The position numbers and the translations under genes were made by a program. Below the pieces are notes generated by a model. That model was not told the DNA's origin, did no database searches, and worked only from the letters and a program-made list of their open reading frames with translations. A stretch of DNA of 60,780 nucleotides, counting the filler. It is 6 parts of 6 records of this genome, joined end to end, with 100 filler letters (N's around TTAATTAATTAA, not from the genome) between each part and the next. Parts side by side here need not be neighbours in the genome. Positions count along the whole stretch, not along the records: positions 54,258 to 60,780 come from SRR31156797_25460; 5 more parts are not named here. The stretch is one strand, 5' to 3'. This document shows, in pieces, positions 60,498 through 60,780 of this stretch. Within the stretch, counting starts at the first letter, position 1. The number at the start of each line of letters is the position of its first letter.

Positions 60498-60780
60498 TTA
60501 GTTTCTCCTTTTTTTTGCCTTATGGTTTTTGGTAATACTCGACTATCAAGTTTTTTTCTAATTGTTTGATATTATTAAGTGTTAATCGAATCTTAATAAA
60601 AGATGAGTGTTTTTGTAAATTTTTCTGTCCTACGAGAAGGACATTTCCAAGCCCAATGTTTACAACGGTTTAAAAAAAACTTGATAATTGAGTATTAATG
60701 CAAATCTTTAAAATCTAATGACTAACACTACAGCGTCCCTTGTCTTTTTTGGCTACCGACATAACGCGGGACAGTTTGAC

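Overview
The window is not one locus. It is six unrelated contigs joined by 100-nt N spacers that each contain TTAATTAATTAA (8197-8296, 17731-17830, 36351-36450, 48730-48829, 54158-54257). Taxa are inferred from gene content. (1) 1-8196, Bacteroidota-like glycan-degradation genes: GH3, GH30, polysaccharide lyase, GH88/105, an esterase and an Asp-rich unknown. (2) 8297-17730, spirochaete-like: grpE-dnaK-dnaJ, a Ser/Thr kinase and a long coiled-coil protein. (3) 17831-36350, Desulfobacterales-like: peptide ABC ATPases, rhomboid, YdbH, diguanylate cyclase, birA-pyc, then a run of decayed genes with an attC-like site. (4) 36451-48729, Bacteroidota-like: DPP-IV, T9SS cargo proteins, DUF2723, speB plus a DHS-like gene, partial tRNA-Cys. 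(5) 48830-54157, methanogenic-archaeon-like: secretion/pilus ATPase and membrane protein, UbiA family, pheT. (6) 54258-60780, the main result: a tightly coupled minus-strand operon that looks like a terpene-RiPP hybrid system. It encodes a 158-aa unknown, an 83-aa protein ending HSSGHSSGWT, a class I isoprenoid-synthase-fold (ComQ-like) protein, a single-domain DxDD class II terpene cyclase fused to an HxsB-like radical SAM/SPASM enzyme, a SAM methyltransferase and a GGPP-type synthase, next to a resolvase HTH fragment. All calls come from motif recognition by eye; no searches were run.
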